Shown here: positions 16,769-25,747 of the stretch, one piece after another
How positions within the stretch are numbered: position 1 is the stretch's first letter
How the letters are laid out: every line of letters starts with the position of its first letter
Source: Candidatus Binatia bacterium
GTDB lineage: Bacteria > Methylomirabilota > Methylomirabilia > Rokubacteriales > CSP1-6
Length of the DNA: 32,737 nt
Assembly (NCBI GenBank): GCA_035574035.1
Contig: DATLZL010000216.1
Span: 1 to 32,737, forward strand
Direction of reading: 5' to 3'
Program-made: the position numbers and the translations under genes
The notes under the pieces: generated by a model
What the model was told of the DNA's origin: nothing
The model's database searches: none
Seen by the model: only the letters and a program-made list of their open reading frames with translations

Positions 16769-16842
16769 ACTCGTTATTGTAGCGGCCGCGAGGAGTTGAA
16801 GCGGCCGCGAGCAGCGCCGGGAGGCGGCGCGCGGCGCCGGTC

Positions 16843-17631
16843 TCAGCCGGCCACGGCGGGCCGCGTGCGCCGGTGGGTCCAGGCCAGCCCGGCCAGGGCC
16901 ACCAGGACCCCCGCCACGCTGGCCAGCTGGGGGACCCGGAACTGGCCGAGCCAGAAGCTGTCGAGCCGGAGCGCCTCGATGGCGAAGCGCCCCACGGAAT
17001 AGAGCCCGATGTAGACGAAGAAGAGCGCGCCGGGGTGGGCTCGCAAGCGGGGCCGGAACCAGAGGACGAGCGCCAGGAACACGCCGAAGTCCCAGAGTGA
17101 TTCGTAGAGGAACGTCGGGTGGAAGTAGTCGTACTGCGCGTACCCGGGGGGGCGATGAGGGGGCGAGATGTAGAGCTTCCACGGCAAGTCCGTCGGCCGG
17201 CCGAATGCCTCCTCGTTGAAGAAGTTGCCCCACCGCCCGATGGCTTGCCCGATCGCCAGGCTGGGTGCGGCGATGTCGAGGCCCCGCAGCACGGGCAATC
17301 TCCACCTCCAGGCCAGCCAGGCCCCGACCAGCGGGCCCACGACGAGCCCGCCGTGGATCGCCAGGCCGCCCTCCCACACCGCGATGATCTTCCTCGGGTA
17401 CTGGCCGTAGTAGTCCCAGTTGAAGACGACCTCCCAGAGGCGGGCGCCGACCAAGCCGGCCAGGATCGCCCACTGAGCGGCGGCGATGATGTCGTCGGCC
17501 GGCAGCCCCTCGCGGCGCGCCTGCCGGTGGCCCAGCCAGAGGCCGACGACGATCGCCAGCGCCATGAGGATGCCGTACCAGCGGATGACGATGGGCCCGA
17601 TCTCGAAGGCGACTGCGCCGGGCGAGGCCAT
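16843..17631 (-). CDS. lgt: Prolipoprotein diacylglyceryl transferase
   Basis: 262 aa, polytopic. Motifs: IRWYGILMALA, WEGGLAIHGG, GRWGNFFNEEAFG. Confidence 0.9.
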   Translation of the reverse strand: MASPGAVAFEIGPIVIRWYGILMALAIVVGLWLGHRQARREGLPADDIIAAAQWAILAGLVGARLWEVVFNWDYYGQYPRKIIAVWEGGLAIHGGLVVGPLVGAWLAWRWRLPVLRGLDIAAPSLAIGQAIGRWGNFFNEEAFGRPTDLPWKLYISPPHRPPGYAQYDYFHPTFLYESLWDFGVFLALVLWFRPRLRAHPGALFFVYIGLYSVGRFAIEALRLDSFWLGQFRVPQLASVAGVLVALAGLAWTHRRTRPAVAG

Positions 17632-17689
17632 GCTCGCCTCGTACGATAGCGTGGTCGGGCGGGGATTTCCAACGAACCCCCCGGGAGGA

Positions 17690-17779
17690 TGGTAGGGGCG
17701 GCAGGATTCGAACCTGCAAGTCCTCGCCGAGGACCGAGGGGTTTAAGCCCTCTGCCTGTTCCAGTTCGGCAACGCCCCC
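17690..17779 (-). tRNA. tRNA-Leu (anticodon UAA), class II with long variable arm
   Basis: Hand fold of the reverse complement. Acceptor GGGGGCG / CGCCCCU (G1:U72 wobble). Anticodon stem-loop GAGGG-CTTAAAC-CCCTC. 18-nt variable arm. T arm GCAGG-TTCGAAT-CCTGC. Discriminator A, encoded CCA. Confidence 0.85.
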
Positions 17780-17815
17780 GCGAGCGGGACCCGGGATCTC
17801 AGGCGCGCGGTGAAG

Positions 17816-17858
17816 TGGAGGCGGCGAGCGGATTCGAACCGCTGAATAGAGGTTTTGC
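17816..17858 (-). repeat. Orphan 3' part of tRNA-Cys (anticodon to CCA); distal att-type direct repeat of the island
   Basis: 43/43 nt identical to 29056-29098. Identity stops exactly at the anticodon. No 5' tRNA half follows. Confidence 0.85.
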
Positions 17859-17982
17859 CAGCCCGCCTCAGCCCGCGCCTCTACCCGGGCCCATCTCCCA
17901 CAATCCGCGCTATCTCGCGTGTTTACGAGTGGCCGAAGTATACCCCGGAAACCCGATTCGGCCGAGGAAATCAGGGTCGGTC

Positions 17983-18005
17983 TAGCAAAGTAGTAGCTAA
18001 GTCGA
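17983..18005 (+). repeat. 23-nt direct repeat, copy 1 (TAGCAAAGTAGTAGCTAAGTCGA), 124 nt inside the left att repeat
   Basis: 21/23 identical to 28968-28990 in the same orientation. A partial inverted copy CTACTAC lies at 18017-18023. Confidence 0.7.
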
Positions 18006-18019
18006 GCCGCCCCGACCTA

Positions 18020-18498
18020 CTACACCAGGCTCCACCGCGGCGGTTTCCGGCCGGCGTGGGTGCCGACGCCAAAGTACTCCAAGATGTCCACGCGAGCGAC
18101 GCGGAACCCCTCACCCATGACATCGATCGTTCCGCCGCACCGGTAGCAGCTGGGCGCCGAAAAGCCGCCGTCGACGGCTCTCTTAACGGCCCGAATCTGT
18201 CGACGCGAGCCCAGTGCCGCGTAGTCTGTCGCGAGGTACGGACCCCACACATCCGGAGGTCTTGGCGACTCCTCCAGGGCTCTCGCCTCCATGTACGCAC
18301 AGGCCATACACTTTGGCACAAGCACCCAAGGTTCACGGCCGTGGCGTAACCGCGACGGCGTCGGGCGCGACGGACGGTCTCGCACACCCGTGCGACAACC
18401 CAGGCTATGCGTTCGACCTCCCATCGTCGCTCCGCGCGCACGTACTCTTCCCACAGCTGGTTCATATCGGGGGGATCGAAGCTCTCTGTCTCGCGCAC
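18020..18498 (-). pseudogene. Frameshifted small gene; the C-terminal part carries two CxxC pairs (possible zinc ribbon)
   Basis: GTG at 18496-18498 is preceded by AGGAGG about 11 nt upstream and opens a protein-like frame (MRETESFDPPDMNQLWEEYVRAERRWEVERIAWV...). Near 18335 the protein-like signal moves to another frame (...PKCMACAYMEARALEE...CYRCGGTIDVMGEGFRVARVDILEYFG), which ends at TAG 18020-18022. Confidence 0.4.
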
Positions 18499-18781
18499 GT
18501 CGCAGACCGCCTCCTACTTGAGTCGGACAACGTTTTACCGGGCCCGCCAAAGAGCTCGAGCGGAGGTTTGTGAACCTGACGCCTTCCGTAACTGCGCGTC
18601 GACGCCCACTTTGCCGGCTCGCTTACCTGAAACTTATCTACTCCGGCGGGCTCCCGAGGCCCGCCCGGGAGGCCGGGCTCTATGGGTACTGACCCCGAGT
18701 TCCCTGTCCCTCCACCGCCGGTTCCGGGGCCGGCCCGAAGCGCCCGCGGCGTCTTTGGCCCCGCAAGGAGCACCCGTTGCC

Positions 18782-19110
18782 CTATCGAGCTGGCCGCTCC
18801 GGTCTCCGAATAGCCAGGATCCACACGCCGAAGCAGAGGATGGCGCCGCCGGCGATGAAGCCGGACAGGGACTTGCCCGCTCGTAGCGGGTGAAGATGCC
18901 CTTGTCCATGAGGCTGGCGTGGACCCTCGGGCGGATCTCGTTCTCGGCCTTGACGACGGGGATGGTGAGTACAAGAACGGCGAACGGGCGGCGAGCACCA
19001 GCGCCATGACGCCGACAGCCAGCGCCAGTCCCAGGAAACCCAGCAGATCCCAGAGGACGGTGCCGAGGAAGGCCAGACCGTAGATGATGACGCCGAGCGA
19101 GGACGTCGTC
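18782..19110 (-). pseudogene. Degraded small membrane-protein gene (three pieces in three frames)
   Basis: Hydrophobic segments continue across two frame changes. Piece 1: LGVIIYGLAFLGTVLWDLLGFLGLALAVGVMALVLAA. Piece 2: VLVLTIPVVKAENEIRPRVHASLMDKGIFTRYERA. Piece 3: GKSLSGFIAGGAILCFGVWILAIRRPERPAR, ending at a stop (18782-18784). Confidence 0.3.
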
Positions 19111-19449
19111 GCTGGCTGGCAGCCCGGTGGGCGCCGCCGTCGGGCCCGGAAGCTTCGGGGCAACCCTACGGATCAGCGACTCGCCTCATAGGGGGACGGA
19201 AGCGGAGCCTCTCAACCTCTCGCAGTAGACCCACCGCCTCGTCGGACGACGCCGGCTGCAGCGGGTGGGGCGCAGCGCAAGACCGGTCAGCAGGAACTCG
19301 ATCCCAGCCCAGTCGAAGGGTGGTACAACGCATGGCGTCACTCGGCGCTCGACCACTGCTGCCCAAGGCGGCCCTCCAGTTCACTCTCCTCGGAACCGGC
19401 CCAGCTCCAGAGCATCACGCCTCAAAGGCTGCGGCCTTCGCGGATAGGG

Positions 19450-20958
19450 TCAGGCCGCATCCTCCGCGAATGCCTCCTCACGTCTGGCGCGGACGGCTGG
19501 CAGCGTCACCGCCACCAGGGCTGCCAGCGCCAGCAGGAGCATCGCCGCGCTCAGCGGACGCCGGAGGAAGACGGTGGGGTCTCCTCGCGATAGCAACAAC
19601 GCCCGTCGCAGGTACTCCTCCATCATGGGCCCCAGGATGAACCCAAGGAGCATTGGCGCCGGCTCGCAGTCGAGCCGCGCACAGGCGTAGCCGAACACCC
19701 CGAACAGCGCCATGAGGTAGACGTCGATGACACTGTTGTTCAACGTGAAGACCCCGACCGCGCAGAATGCCAGGATGGTCGGGTAAAGCGCGTGATACGG
19801 AACCCGGACGAGCCGCACCCACACCCCGATCAAGGGCAGGTTCAGCACCAGCAGGAACATGTTGCCGATCCACATGGATGCGACAACGCCCCAGAACAGG
19901 TCCGGCTGCTCCTTCGTCACCGCGGGACCCGGCTGGATTCCGTGAATGACCATTGCCCCTACCATGAGGGCCATCACCGGGTTGCTGGGAATCCCGAGCG
20001 TCAGCATCGGGATGAATGAGGTCTGCGCCCCTGCGTTATTGGCTGCCTCCGGGCCGGCCACACCCTCGATCGCGCCCTTGCCGAACTCCTGTCTGAAGCG
20101 AGACGCCTTCTTCTCCAACGAGTATGATGCGAAGGACGCCAGCGTCGCCCCGCCGCCGGGCAGGACGCCGAGGACCGAGCCCAATGCGGTCCCCCGGAGG
20201 ATCGGAGCCGCCATCCGCTTCCAGTCCTCCCGCCTGGGCATCAGGCTCGTGATCACCGGCACCGCGCCCGCCGTTGTTTCCCGCTCCACGTTCCTGGCCA
20301 CCTCCGCGAGACCGAACATCCCCATGGCGACCACCACGAACCCGATGCCGTCCGACAATTCGGCCACGCCCAGGGTGTACCGCTGGACTCCCGAGTTCAC
20401 ATCCGTTCCCACCAGGCCGAACAGCAGGCCGGTCACCGTCATGGCGATCGCCTTCAGGGGCGACCCGTGCGCGAGCACCACGGCCGCGATCAACCCCAGC
20501 ACCATCAGCGAGAAGTACTCCACCGGCCCAAACCCCAGCGCCAGGTTTCCCAGGGGCGGTGCAGCCACGGCCAGGACGAGCGTGGCCACGGTCCCCGCGA
20601 AGAACGAGCCGATGGCCGCCGTCGCCAGGGCCACGCCGCCTCGCCCCTGCCGCGCCATCAGGTGGCCCTCGAGCGCCGTGACCACAGACGACGTCTCCCC
20701 GGGCAGGTTCACGAGGATGGCCGTGGTCGACCCCCCGTACTGCGCGCCGTAGTAGATTCCCGCGAGCATGATCAGGGCCGCGGCTGGTGGCAGCGTGAAG
20801 GTCGCCGGTAGCAACATCGCGATCGTGACCACCGGCCCGAGTCCCGGCAGTACGCCGATGAGCGTCCCCAGCGACACGCCGATCACGCAGTAGAGCAGGT
20901 TCCCGGGGGCGAGCGCCGACGCCAGCCCTAGGCTGAGGTGGCTCCACAGGTCATGCAT
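19450..20958 (-). CDS. tctA: Tripartite tricarboxylate transporter, large permease TctA
   Basis: ATG (MHDLWSHL) lies 1 nt after the tctB stop. Family-typical sequence: GVSLGTLIGVLPGLGPVVTIAMLLP..YYGAQYGGSTTAILVNLPGE.. Confidence 0.9.
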   Translation of the reverse strand: MHDLWSHLSLGLASALAPGNLLYCVIGVSLGTLIGVLPGLGPVVTIAMLLPATFTLPPAAALIMLAGIYYGAQYGGSTTAILVNLPGETSSVVTALEGHLMARQGRGGVALATAAIGSFFAGTVATLVLAVAAPPLGNLALGFGPVEYFSLMVLGLIAAVVLAHGSPLKAIAMTVTGLLFGLVGTDVNSGVQRYTLGVAELSDGIGFVVVAMGMFGLAEVARNVERETTAGAVPVITSLMPRREDWKRMAAPILRGTALGSVLGVLPGGGATLASFASYSLEKKASRFRQEFGKGAIEGVAGPEAANNAGAQTSFIPMLTLGIPSNPVMALMVGAMVIHGIQPGPAVTKEQPDLFWGVVASMWIGNMFLLVLNLPLIGVWVRLVRVPYHALYPTILAFCAVGVFTLNNSVIDVYLMALFGVFGYACARLDCEPAPMLLGFILGPMMEEYLRRALLLSRGDPTVFLRRPLSAAMLLLALAALVAVTLPAVRARREEAFAEDAA

Positions 20959-20959
20959 G

Positions 20960-21421
20960 TCAGTGCCCAAGCCCGGGGCCGAGAATCGGCATGGGCAGCC
21001 CGAGCAGCTTCACGAAGACCAATACGCTGAAGGCCGCCAGCGCGCCCGCCAGCGCCAGGGCCGTCCGCCAGGAAAATCGGCGGCTTGCCCACGAACTCAC
21101 AACGACCAGCACAACGAGCGCTGGCACCACACCCGTCCGGCGCACCAGAACGCCGAACAGCAGCGTCGCAACCGTGATGACCGCGAGCGGCACGAGGGTC
21201 AGGCGACCCACGGGCGCGCCGCGCACCGCGAGCGCCCGCAGCGCCAGCACCCCGCCCAAAACCGCAAGAAGCCCGCCGAGCACCAAGGGGAAGTAGGCGG
21301 GCCCCATCCGCGTCGCGGACCCCATCGGATGATGCCGGACCAGGAGCACTGCGGCAACTCCCAGGCCGGCAAACATGACGCCGGCCCAGAAATCCCTCGG
21401 CGCCCGGATCGTACCGCCCAC
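20960..21421 (-). CDS. tctB: Tripartite tricarboxylate transporter, small subunit TctB
   Basis: 153 aa with a GTG start and four predicted hydrophobic helices. It sits between tctC and tctA. Confidence 0.8.
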   Translation of the reverse strand: MGGTIRAPRDFWAGVMFAGLGVAAVLLVRHHPMGSATRMGPAYFPLVLGGLLAVLGGVLALRALAVRGAPVGRLTLVPLAVITVATLLFGVLVRRTGVVPALVVLVVVSSWASRRFSWRTALALAGALAAFSVLVFVKLLGLPMPILGPGLGH

Positions 21422-21455
21422 GCTCTCGTCGCCTTCGAGGACAGCGGAGCGCCGG

Positions 21456-22430
21456 CTACTCCTCCGGTTTGATGTCCGCGGCGCGAATCACGGACTCCCA
21501 TTCCGCGTATTCCCTGGCCACACGTTCGGCGAGCTGCGCCGGCGTGCTGGAGGTGGCGGTCACACCGAAGCCTGCGAACCGGTCGCGGATCTCCGGAGTG
21601 GCAAGGGCCTCCGCTAGCGCGGCATTGAGCCGACCGATGACGTCGGGCGGCGTGCCCGCTGGCGCGAAGACGCCAAACCACACCTCAGTGGAGAAGTTCG
21701 GGACTGTCGCGGCGATCGGGACGGCGCCGGGTGCCAGCGGGGAGGGCCGAAGCGACGACACTCCGAGGAGTCTCACCTTTCCCTCTTTGATGTGGGTGTT
21801 CATCGCGGACGATGTGGTGGTCATCAGAACCTTCACCTCGCCGCTGAGCACGGCCATCGTCGCGGGCGCCTGTCCCTTGTACGGCACGTGCAGCATACGG
21901 ATGCCCGCCGCCTTACTGAATAGCTCGGTGGCCAGGTGACCGAATGATCCGTGCCCGGCGGTCGCGTATTCGAGTTTGCCCGGATTGGCCTTCGCATACC
22001 TGATCAGCTCGCGCACGCTGTTGGCCGGCACGCTCGGATGCACCACCAGCAACATCGGCGCGAGTGAGATCAGGGAAACCGGGGCCAGGTCCTTGATCGG
22101 ATGGTATCCGGCATCCTGGCTCAGGCTGGGCGTGATGACCAGAGCGTTGTTGGGGAAAAGCAGCGTGTGTCCGTCCGGCGTGGCGCGCGCCACCTGTCGG
22201 GTCGCCAAAGCGCCGGCTGCGCCCGGCCGGTTGTCCACGACGATCGGTTGCCCCAGGATCCGGCGAAGCGGCTCTTGCAGCACGCGGACTTGCAAGTCGC
22301 TAGTGCCCCCTGGTGGGTACGGCACGACGATCTGGATCGGCCGGCTGGGAAACGCGCCCTGTCCGCTCGCTGGGGACGGAACAGTTAATGCGATCACTCC
22401 CGCCATTACGACCACCAGCGCCCAAACCAT
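21456..22430 (-). CDS. tctC: Tripartite tricarboxylate transporter substrate-binding protein (TctC/Bug family)
   Basis: 324 aa. A signal peptide is followed by PSRPIQIVVPYPPGGTSDLQVRVL...VVDNRPGAAGALAT, the typical Bug-family start. Confidence 0.9.
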   Translation of the reverse strand: MVWALVVVMAGVIALTVPSPASGQGAFPSRPIQIVVPYPPGGTSDLQVRVLQEPLRRILGQPIVVDNRPGAAGALATRQVARATPDGHTLLFPNNALVITPSLSQDAGYHPIKDLAPVSLISLAPMLLVVHPSVPANSVRELIRYAKANPGKLEYATAGHGSFGHLATELFSKAAGIRMLHVPYKGQAPATMAVLSGEVKVLMTTTSSAMNTHIKEGKVRLLGVSSLRPSPLAPGAVPIAATVPNFSTEVWFGVFAPAGTPPDVIGRLNAALAEALATPEIRDRFAGFGVTATSSTPAQLAERVAREYAEWESVIRAADIKPEE

Positions 22431-22454
22431 TCCGAGCCTCCTGTTCCTACGGGT

Positions 22455-23702
22455 TCACACCGGACCATCGCTCTCGGCCGCCGCCACCTGTTCAACTGCG
22501 GCTCCCACCGGGCCGACGGCCTGGTGCAGCACGCCTTCCCGCCTCAGCGCCATCACCTGGCTGTCCGAGTACCCGAGCAACCTCGAGACGATTTCCGCGC
22601 CGTGCTCGCCCAGCTCCGGTACCCAGCCGCCGGCGCTGGCCGCGCCGCGGCTGAACCGAAACGGCGGCTCGGGCACGCGCAGTGGCCCGGCGCCGTCGTT
22701 GATCGTCCGAAACGATGCCCGTTCCCGCACCGGCGGCAGGTCCATCGCCTGGCGGACGCTGAAGTACCTCGAGCACGGCACGCCTGCCGCCGTCAGGACG
22801 GCCTCACACTCCTCAGCACTCCGCCCGGCTGCCCACGCTTCCAGCAGCTGGAGAAGTTCGCTCCAGTAGTGTTCGCGCGCCGCCACGGTGGCGAACCGCG
22901 GATCGGCCGTCCACTCGGGGCGGCCCACCGCTCGGGCCAGCGCTTCGAAGTTCTTCTGGCTGACCGGTGCCACGAGTACGAACTCATCCTTCGTGCGCAT
23001 CGGCTCGTACACGGGACGGCGGCGCTCGGCTGGGAACTGCGCCTCCTGGCACTCATACACGAGCATGCTCATCATCGCGTCCATCAGGGACAGGTCGATG
23101 TACTCGCCACGTCCCGTCCGGACCGCCCGATACAACGCGGCCTGAATCGCACCAAACGCCAGCGCCCCTCCCAGCACGTCGGCAACGAAGATCCCGGTCT
23201 TGAGCGGCCGTTCACTCCCACCCTGGTACATGAGATTGGCGACATCGAAGCCGCTCACCGCATGGAGCACGGGAGCATACGCGCTGCGGGCGGCCCATGA
23301 CCCAGTCTGGCCGAATCCCGAAATCGAGCAGTACACGAGGCGCGGATTCGAGCCCTCAAGCGTCTCATATTCCAGCCCCAGTCGCTGCATCACACCCGGC
23401 CGGAAGTTCTCGACGACGACGTCGCACCGGGCGGCAAGCGCGATGACCAACTCCCTCGCCGCAGGCTTCTTCAGGTCCAGGGCGATACTCTTCTTTCCGC
23501 AGTTGAGCTGAGCGAAGTACGCGCTCCGTCCATTTCGGAGCGGCGGCCGCAGCCGCATGTGATCTCCCTCCGGCGGCTCGACCTTAATGACCTCCGCACC
23601 GAGGTCAGCCATCAGCCGCGTGCAGTAGGGCCCCGACATCATCGCGCTGAAGTCGAGGACCCGCACGCCTGCGAGCATTCCCTTGTCGCCCATCGCCGTC
23701 AT
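22455..23702 (-). CDS. Family III CoA-transferase (CaiB/BaiF type)
   Basis: 415 aa. Motifs: LAGVRVLDFSAMMSGPYCTRLMADLGAEVIKVEPPEGD...VVVENFRPGVMQRLGL.Y..L...NPRLVYCSISGFGQTG. Confidence 0.9.
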   Translation of the reverse strand: MTAMGDKGMLAGVRVLDFSAMMSGPYCTRLMADLGAEVIKVEPPEGDHMRLRPPLRNGRSAYFAQLNCGKKSIALDLKKPAARELVIALAARCDVVVENFRPGVMQRLGLEYETLEGSNPRLVYCSISGFGQTGSWAARSAYAPVLHAVSGFDVANLMYQGGSERPLKTGIFVADVLGGALAFGAIQAALYRAVRTGRGEYIDLSLMDAMMSMLVYECQEAQFPAERRRPVYEPMRTKDEFVLVAPVSQKNFEALARAVGRPEWTADPRFATVAAREHYWSELLQLLEAWAAGRSAEECEAVLTAAGVPCSRYFSVRQAMDLPPVRERASFRTINDGAGPLRVPEPPFRFSRGAASAGGWVPELGEHGAEIVSRLLGYSDSQVMALRREGVLHQAVGPVGAAVEQVAAAESDGPV

Positions 23703-23732
23703 TTCCCGCCCGCGCTCGTCGGTCGGCGGGGG

Positions 23733-24875
23733 TTACGCCAGCAGGTGCCGCGCGATCACCAACCGCTGGATCTGGTTCGTGCCTTCGAAGATCTGGTTGA
23801 TCTTGGCGTCGCGCATCATGCGCTCCACCGGGTAATCCTTCATGTAGCCGGCGCCGCCGAAGATCTGCACTGCGTCTGTCGTCACCCGCATCGCGACATC
23901 GCTAGCGAAACACTTGGCCATGGATGCCATCTCCGTCAGGCGCGAGAAGTCTCCCGCGTCCACGAGGCGGGCACACTCGTAGACCAGTGCGCGAGCGGCC
24001 TCCACCTGCATCTGCATGTCGGCCAGCATGAACTGCAGGCCCTGGAAGTCGGCGATCGCTCGGCCGAACTGCCTGCGCTCCTTTGCGTAGGCGACGGCCG
24101 CGTCCAGGGCCCCCTGCGCGAGGCCCACAGCAGCCGCGCCCACTGTCGGTCGGTTCAGGTCGAGGATGCGCATCGCCGCGCGGAAGCCCTGGCCCTCCTG
24201 GCCGATCATATTCTCCGCGGGCACCCGCATCTCCTCGAAGTACAGCGAGACGTTGGGGACGCCGTGGAGTCCCATTTTGCGCTCGTTCTTTCCCACGTGG
24301 AATCCGGGCGTCCTCGTATCGACCAGGAAACAGCTGATCCCGTCGAACCCGCGCTCGCCCGAGGTCCGCGCGAACACCAGCACCCAGTGCGCGATGTTGC
24401 CCCACGTGATGTAGCACTTCTGTCCGTCGATGACCCAGCTGTCGCCATCCCGGCGCGCGCGCGTCTTCATCGCGCCCACGTCCGAGCCGGCCTCCGGCTC
24501 CGTGATCGCCACGGCCGTTAGGGTCCGCCCCTTGGCCGCCATCGGCAGCCAGCGCTGGCGCTGCTCCTCCGTCCCGAAGTGGAGCAACGGCAAGACCAGG
24601 CCGATAGAGTTCTGGCCCGCGATCAGCGCGCACGCCTCCGACACCCGGGCGATCTCCTCGCGAGCCAAGCAGACGGTCGTCAGGTCGCCGCCGGGCCCTC
24701 CATACCGCTCGGGGACCCAGAGCTGCATGAGGCCCATGTCGCCGAATACGTCGAACAGTCGCTCGGGAATACGGTCGGTCTCGTCGATCTCCGCGGCGAT
24801 CGGCCGGATTTCCCGCTCCACCATCGTCCGGATCGCGTCCCGCATCGCCAGCTGCGCTTCGTTCAGGTGCGGCAT
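23733..24875 (-). CDS. Acyl-CoA dehydrogenase (short/medium-chain-like)
   Basis: 380 aa. Motifs: AITEPEAGSD, WITWGN-type motif (YITWGNIAHW), and a C-terminal catalytic-base context IFEGTNQIQRLVIARHLL. Confidence 0.9.
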   Translation of the reverse strand: MPHLNEAQLAMRDAIRTMVEREIRPIAAEIDETDRIPERLFDVFGDMGLMQLWVPERYGGPGGDLTTVCLAREEIARVSEACALIAGQNSIGLVLPLLHFGTEEQRQRWLPMAAKGRTLTAVAITEPEAGSDVGAMKTRARRDGDSWVIDGQKCYITWGNIAHWVLVFARTSGERGFDGISCFLVDTRTPGFHVGKNERKMGLHGVPNVSLYFEEMRVPAENMIGQEGQGFRAAMRILDLNRPTVGAAAVGLAQGALDAAVAYAKERRQFGRAIADFQGLQFMLADMQMQVEAARALVYECARLVDAGDFSRLTEMASMAKCFASDVAMRVTTDAVQIFGGAGYMKDYPVERMMRDAKINQIFEGTNQIQRLVIARHLLA

Positions 24876-25747
24876 GGCTTCGTCCTCGTGTGCGTGGTGC
24901 CTGCGCTCATTGGTCGGGCTGGCCGGTCGCCCAGTCGCTGGCTCCTCGTGTCACTCCGCCCTCTCCGCAGGATCCCGGTCCGGTCCACACAACGCCTCAG
25001 CACCGCCAGTTCGCGCACCGTGGGAGGGGGCGTCGTGGCGACGTCCGGCGGGACGTCCAGCACGAAGCCGGTCCGTGCCACGACCTCCGCCACGCTCACG
25101 CCCGGGTGGACGGAGCGCAGCTGCATGGATCGAGTGACGGGATGGAAGTCCAGCACCGCCAGCGGCGTCACTACGAGTCGAGGGCCCTCGGTCTCCAAGC
25201 CCAGTTCGCTCGCCCGGCTGCTACCGCCCCGGTAGTGACCCACGGCCGAGATGAAGTCCACACGCTCTACCAGGTTCTGGCGGTCGTGGCGTGCGAGCAG
25301 GACAAAAAAGTGCTTCGCGAAGGCCGCCAACGGGCTGGTGCCGATTACGCCAGGGCCGCGCACCTTGGGGCGCGCGTGGTCCCCGATCACGACCGTGTTG
25401 AGGTTGCCGTGGCGGTCCACCTGCATAGCACCCAGGATGGCGAAATCGAAGAAGCCCGGCCGCCAGTCGATGACGTCGATCATCACGCTCAAGTCGACCA
25501 CGGCCTCCGCGTGCCGGATCAGCCGGGCGTCCGCGGTGGGCAGCAGCGCGCCCGCGTCCGCGTTCACCGTGCCGAGCGGGCCCGACACCCAGGAGAGCGA
25601 GGGTGCATGCATGGCCCGCGCCAGGTTGCACGCCGCTACCTGCACGTCCGAGGCCGTGCCGACGATTCCGACCTCGCCGTCCGCCAGCTCCCGGGCCAGG
25701 ATGATCGCCTGGAGCTCCGCAGTGGTCCACGTGCTCGCCGCATTCAT
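24863..25747 (-). CDS. Class I CoA-transferase, subunit B (glutaconate/3-oxoacid CoA-transferase-like)
   Basis: ATG (MNAASTW..) overlaps the subunit A stop as ATGA. Sequence: IVGTASDVQVAACNLARAMHAP...GAMQVDRHGNLN. The 3' end overlaps the acyl-CoA dehydrogenase start by 13 nt. Confidence 0.75.
   Translation of the reverse strand: MNAASTWTTAELQAIILARELADGEVGIVGTASDVQVAACNLARAMHAPSLSWVSGPLGTVNADAGALLPTADARLIRHAEAVVDLSVMIDVIDWRPGFFDFAILGAMQVDRHGNLNTVVIGDHARPKVRGPGVIGTSPLAAFAKHFFVLLARHDRQNLVERVDFISAVGHYRGGSSRASELGLETEGPRLVVTPLAVLDFHPVTRSMQLRSVHPGVSVAEVVARTGFVLDVPPDVATTPPPTVRELAVLRRCVDRTGILRRGRSDTRSQRLGDRPARPMSAGTTHTRTKPCRT

Noticed and set aside
16781-16811. Possible CRISPR or tandem-repeat array
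   Set aside because: There are only two copies of a 12-mer with a 7-nt spacer. No repeat-spacer periodicity appears anywhere in the window and no cas genes are present.
19424-19438. Small hairpin AAGGC-N4-GCCTT just after the tctA stop as the operon terminator
   Set aside because: It has only a 5-bp stem followed by a 3-nt T run on the coding strand. That is too weak to assert as a terminator without folding statistics or transcript data.
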